From the NCBI GenBank assembly GCA_030917065.1, contig JAUPVL010000042.1, positions 2,419-26,418 of the forward strand: a stretch of 24,000 nt of DNA, in the 5' to 3' direction. A program made the position numbers and the translations under genes. Of the stretch, positions 22,029-24,000 are shown one piece after another. The notes beneath the pieces were generated by a model that was not told where the DNA came from, ran no database searches, and was given only the letters and a program-made list of their open reading frames with translations. The number at the start of each line of letters is the position of its first letter. Within the stretch, counting starts at the first letter, position 1. Origin of the DNA: Patescibacteria group bacterium (GTDB taxonomy: Bacteria; Patescibacteriota; Saccharimonadia; CAILAD01; BJGX01).

Positions 22029-24000
22029 ATGGATTCAAACAATAAACAACTAAATAGCCGACCTCTAACAGAGCAGGATTTGCAATCTACGGGTCGCGTT
22101 AAACCAAGCAATACTCACAACAAGCCGAGTAAGCCTAACCCGCAAACGTCTGCAAGTTCGAGTAATGGCAACTTCAATAAAAACAAAATACAAAACAACA
22201 ATCATAACAAGCCCAATCACAACAACAACCAGAATAGAGGCAATAACAATCGTCGAAAAAATGACAATTATGCTATGCGTCGTCGTCACGACAAAGGTCC
22301 TGCAGTATTTTCTGAAGGCAGCTTCAACGCTGATAATGCAAACAAACAAATAGAAGCACCTAAGCCAGTCACTATGAATAAAGCTGATGCCGGCAAGCTC
22401 AAGATAATCCCTTTGGGTGGACTAGATAAAATCGGTAAGAACATGATGGCCATAGAGTATGAAGATGACATTATCGTGATGGATCTAGGATTTATGTTCC
22501 CAGGTCCTGATATGCCAGGAATAGACTATATCATTCCAGATACTAAGTATTTAGAAGAGCGTAAGCACAAGATTCGTGCTCACCTTATAACTCACGCACA
22601 CGAAGACCATGTTGGAGGCATACCCTTTATATTGCCAAAACTACCTGCGCCTATTTATGGAGCACAGTTTACTATCAAGTTTATAGAAAGAAAACTCGAA
22701 GAATACAAATTGCCATTTAAGCCCGACTTAAGAATAGTCAACCAAGATAGTGGAGAAAAGATACAGCTTGGAGCATTCTCTATAGAGTTCGTAAGAATCA
22801 CTCACTCTATACCGGACGCTTGTAGCATAGTCATAAAAACTCCTGTTGGTACTATTATCAACACTGGAGACTGGAGATTTGATGATGACCCAATAAGTGG
22901 TAAACCAGCCAACAAAGCTAGACTCAAAGAACTAGGCGATGAAGGCGTGTTGCTACTTATGTGCGATAGCACAAGTTGCGAAAACGTAGGTAGTAGTCCT
23001 TCTGAGCACGAGATAGTCAAGACACTCGATGAGATATTTGTACGCAACTACAACAAACGCGTTATTATCAGCTCTTTTGCTTCGCAAGTAGATAGGATAC
23101 AAGTATTTGTAGATGCTGCTCAGAAAGCTAAGCGCAAACTAGCATTAGCAGGGCGTAGCTTGCTATCAAATATGGAAATAGCTGTGAAGCTGGGGTATGT
23201 CAAAGTTCCACCAGGCGTACTCATAAAGGCCTCTGATGTTAGTAAGTATCAAGATGGTGAAGTTGCGGTGCTTACTACCGGACACCAAGGTGAAGAAAAT
23301 TCAGGATTGGTTCGAATGGGTAAAGGGGAACACAAGGATATCAAACTCAAGAGTTCTGATGTAGTAGTATTGTCTAGCTCTATTATTCCCGGCAACGAGA
23401 AGTCTGTTTGGGGCATGATAGACGACATATTCCGCTGGGGTCCTTATGTATATCAGCAAGCCACCAAAGACTTCGATGATCTAGGTATTATGCACACCTC
23501 AGGTCACGCTTATTTTGAAGAAGTCAAAGAAATGATAGAGCTTGTACGTCCTAAATATTACCTACCTATTCACGGTGAGATACATCATATGGTGCACAAT
23601 GCTGAAATCGCCAAGCGTGGAGGTATCGTCAAGCCCGAAAACATCTTTGTAATCGAAAATGGACAAACTCTAGAAGCCAACAAAGAAGGTGAAGTGAAAC
23701 TAGGGCCTATCGTACAGTCTGGCTCTATTCTAATCGATGGTTCTGGAATAGGAGACGTACAAGAGATAGTACTCAAAGACCGTCTCGCCATGGCAAGTGA
23801 TGGTATATTTACAGTGATAGCCACAGTCAATCGTAAGACTGGCAAACTTGTTACTAGCCCAGATATCATCTCTAGAGGCTTTGTATATGTTAAAGACAAT
23901 GAAGAGTTGATGAATAAATCTCGTTTGATTGTCAAAAACATCTTTGCCAAAAGAAATCCTAAGTCACCGCCAAATTCACCTATCGTAAAGTCACGTATGC
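22029..24000 (+). CDS. rnj: Ribonuclease J (5' part; runs off the window end) with an Asn-rich N-terminal extension
   Basis: KIIPLGGLDKIGKNMMAIEYEDDIIVMDLG and HLITHAHEDHVGGIP (the HxHxDH metallo-beta-lactamase motif), plus beta-CASP-like downstream sequence. The frame is open from ATG 22029 through 115 codons of N/K/Q/H-rich low complexity. An alternative start lies at ATG 22374. The ORF track omits this gene because it has no stop in the window. Confidence 0.85.
   Translation, partial: MDSNNKQLNSRPLTEQDLQSTGRVKPSNTHNKPSKPNPQTSASSSNGNFNKNKIQNNNHNKPNHNNNQNRGNNNRRKNDNYAMRRRHDKGPAVFSEGSFNADNANKQIEAPKPVTMNKADAGKLKIIPLGGLDKIGKNMMAIEYEDDIIVMDLGFMFPGPDMPGIDYIIPDTKYLEERKHKIRAHLITHAHEDHVGGIPFILPKLPAPIYGAQFTIKFIERKLEEYKLPFKPDLRIVNQDSGEKIQLGAFSIEFVRITHSIPDACSIVIKTPVGTIINTGDWRFDDDPISGKPANKARLKELGDEGVLLLMCDSTSCENVGSSPSEHEIVKTLDEIFVRNYNKRVIISSFASQVDRIQVFVDAAQKAKRKLALAGRSLLSNMEIAVKLGYVKVPPGVLIKASDVSKYQDGEVAVLTTGHQGEENSGLVRMGKGEHKDIKLKSSDVVVLSSSIIPGNEKSVWGMIDDIFRWGPYVYQQATKDFDDLGIMHTSGHAYFEEVKEMIELVRPKYYLPIHGEIHHMVHNAEIAKRGGIVKPENIFVIENGQTLEANKEGEVKLGPIVQSGSILIDGSGIGDVQEIVLKDRLAMASDGIFTVIATVNRKTGKLVTSPDIISRGFVYVKDNEELMNKSRLIVKNIFAKRNPKSPPNSPIVKSRM

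Noticed and set aside
1-24000. CRISPR arrays, tRNA/rRNA genes, IS elements or prophage structural genes
   Set aside because: There are no regularly spaced direct repeats with unique spacers and no cloverleaf-compatible T-arm (GGTTCGAAAGC at about 13898-13908 on the minus strand lacks a stem). I also found no transposase, integrase, capsid or terminase-like ORFs and no terminal inverted repeats.

Overview
This window has a moderately AT-rich backbone (about 37-42% GC by hand count). It carries tightly packed housekeeping genes, mostly on the + strand: dnaG (3' end), rpoD, polA, an MsbA-like ABC exporter, mutM, holA, rpsT, a TrmB-like regulator, a degenerate NrnA-like DHH protein, truB, rpsO, pnp, a family-4 UDG and the 5' part of RNase J. 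TGA and TAG both act as stops, so the standard code applies. Gene content and style (short TruB, low-complexity tails on S20, RNase J and the DHH protein, likely leaderless mRNAs) suggest a reduced-genome Patescibacteria/CPR organism, perhaps Saccharibacteria. That placement is inference only.

The unusual feature is a set of sharply bounded higher-GC islands (roughly 50-62% GC) inserted between backbone genes. Most sit directly behind a near-consensus promoter (TTGACA-N17-TGnTAnnnT). The largest island (about 12730-15964, 3.2 kb) is mostly free of ORFs. It contains:
- a promoter-to-terminator unit with no convincing ORF (candidate ncRNA of about 375 nt with GNRA-capped helices);
- a 1.5-kb hairpin-dense stretch with no credible ORF;
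- three small ORFs with high-GC codon usage (third-position GC, GC3, up to 92%);
- two families of repeated hairpin modules whose copies differ by fully compensatory base-pair changes.

Smaller islands lie at about 8059-8470 and 10389-11385. A 412-bp ASCH-gene cassette is flanked by 21-nt direct repeats that duplicate the 3' end of the ABC gene, stop codon included.

I cannot assign a function to the islands. No CRISPR array, tRNA, rRNA, transposase or integrase is visible. All calls come from reading the sequence and ORF track, with no database searches.
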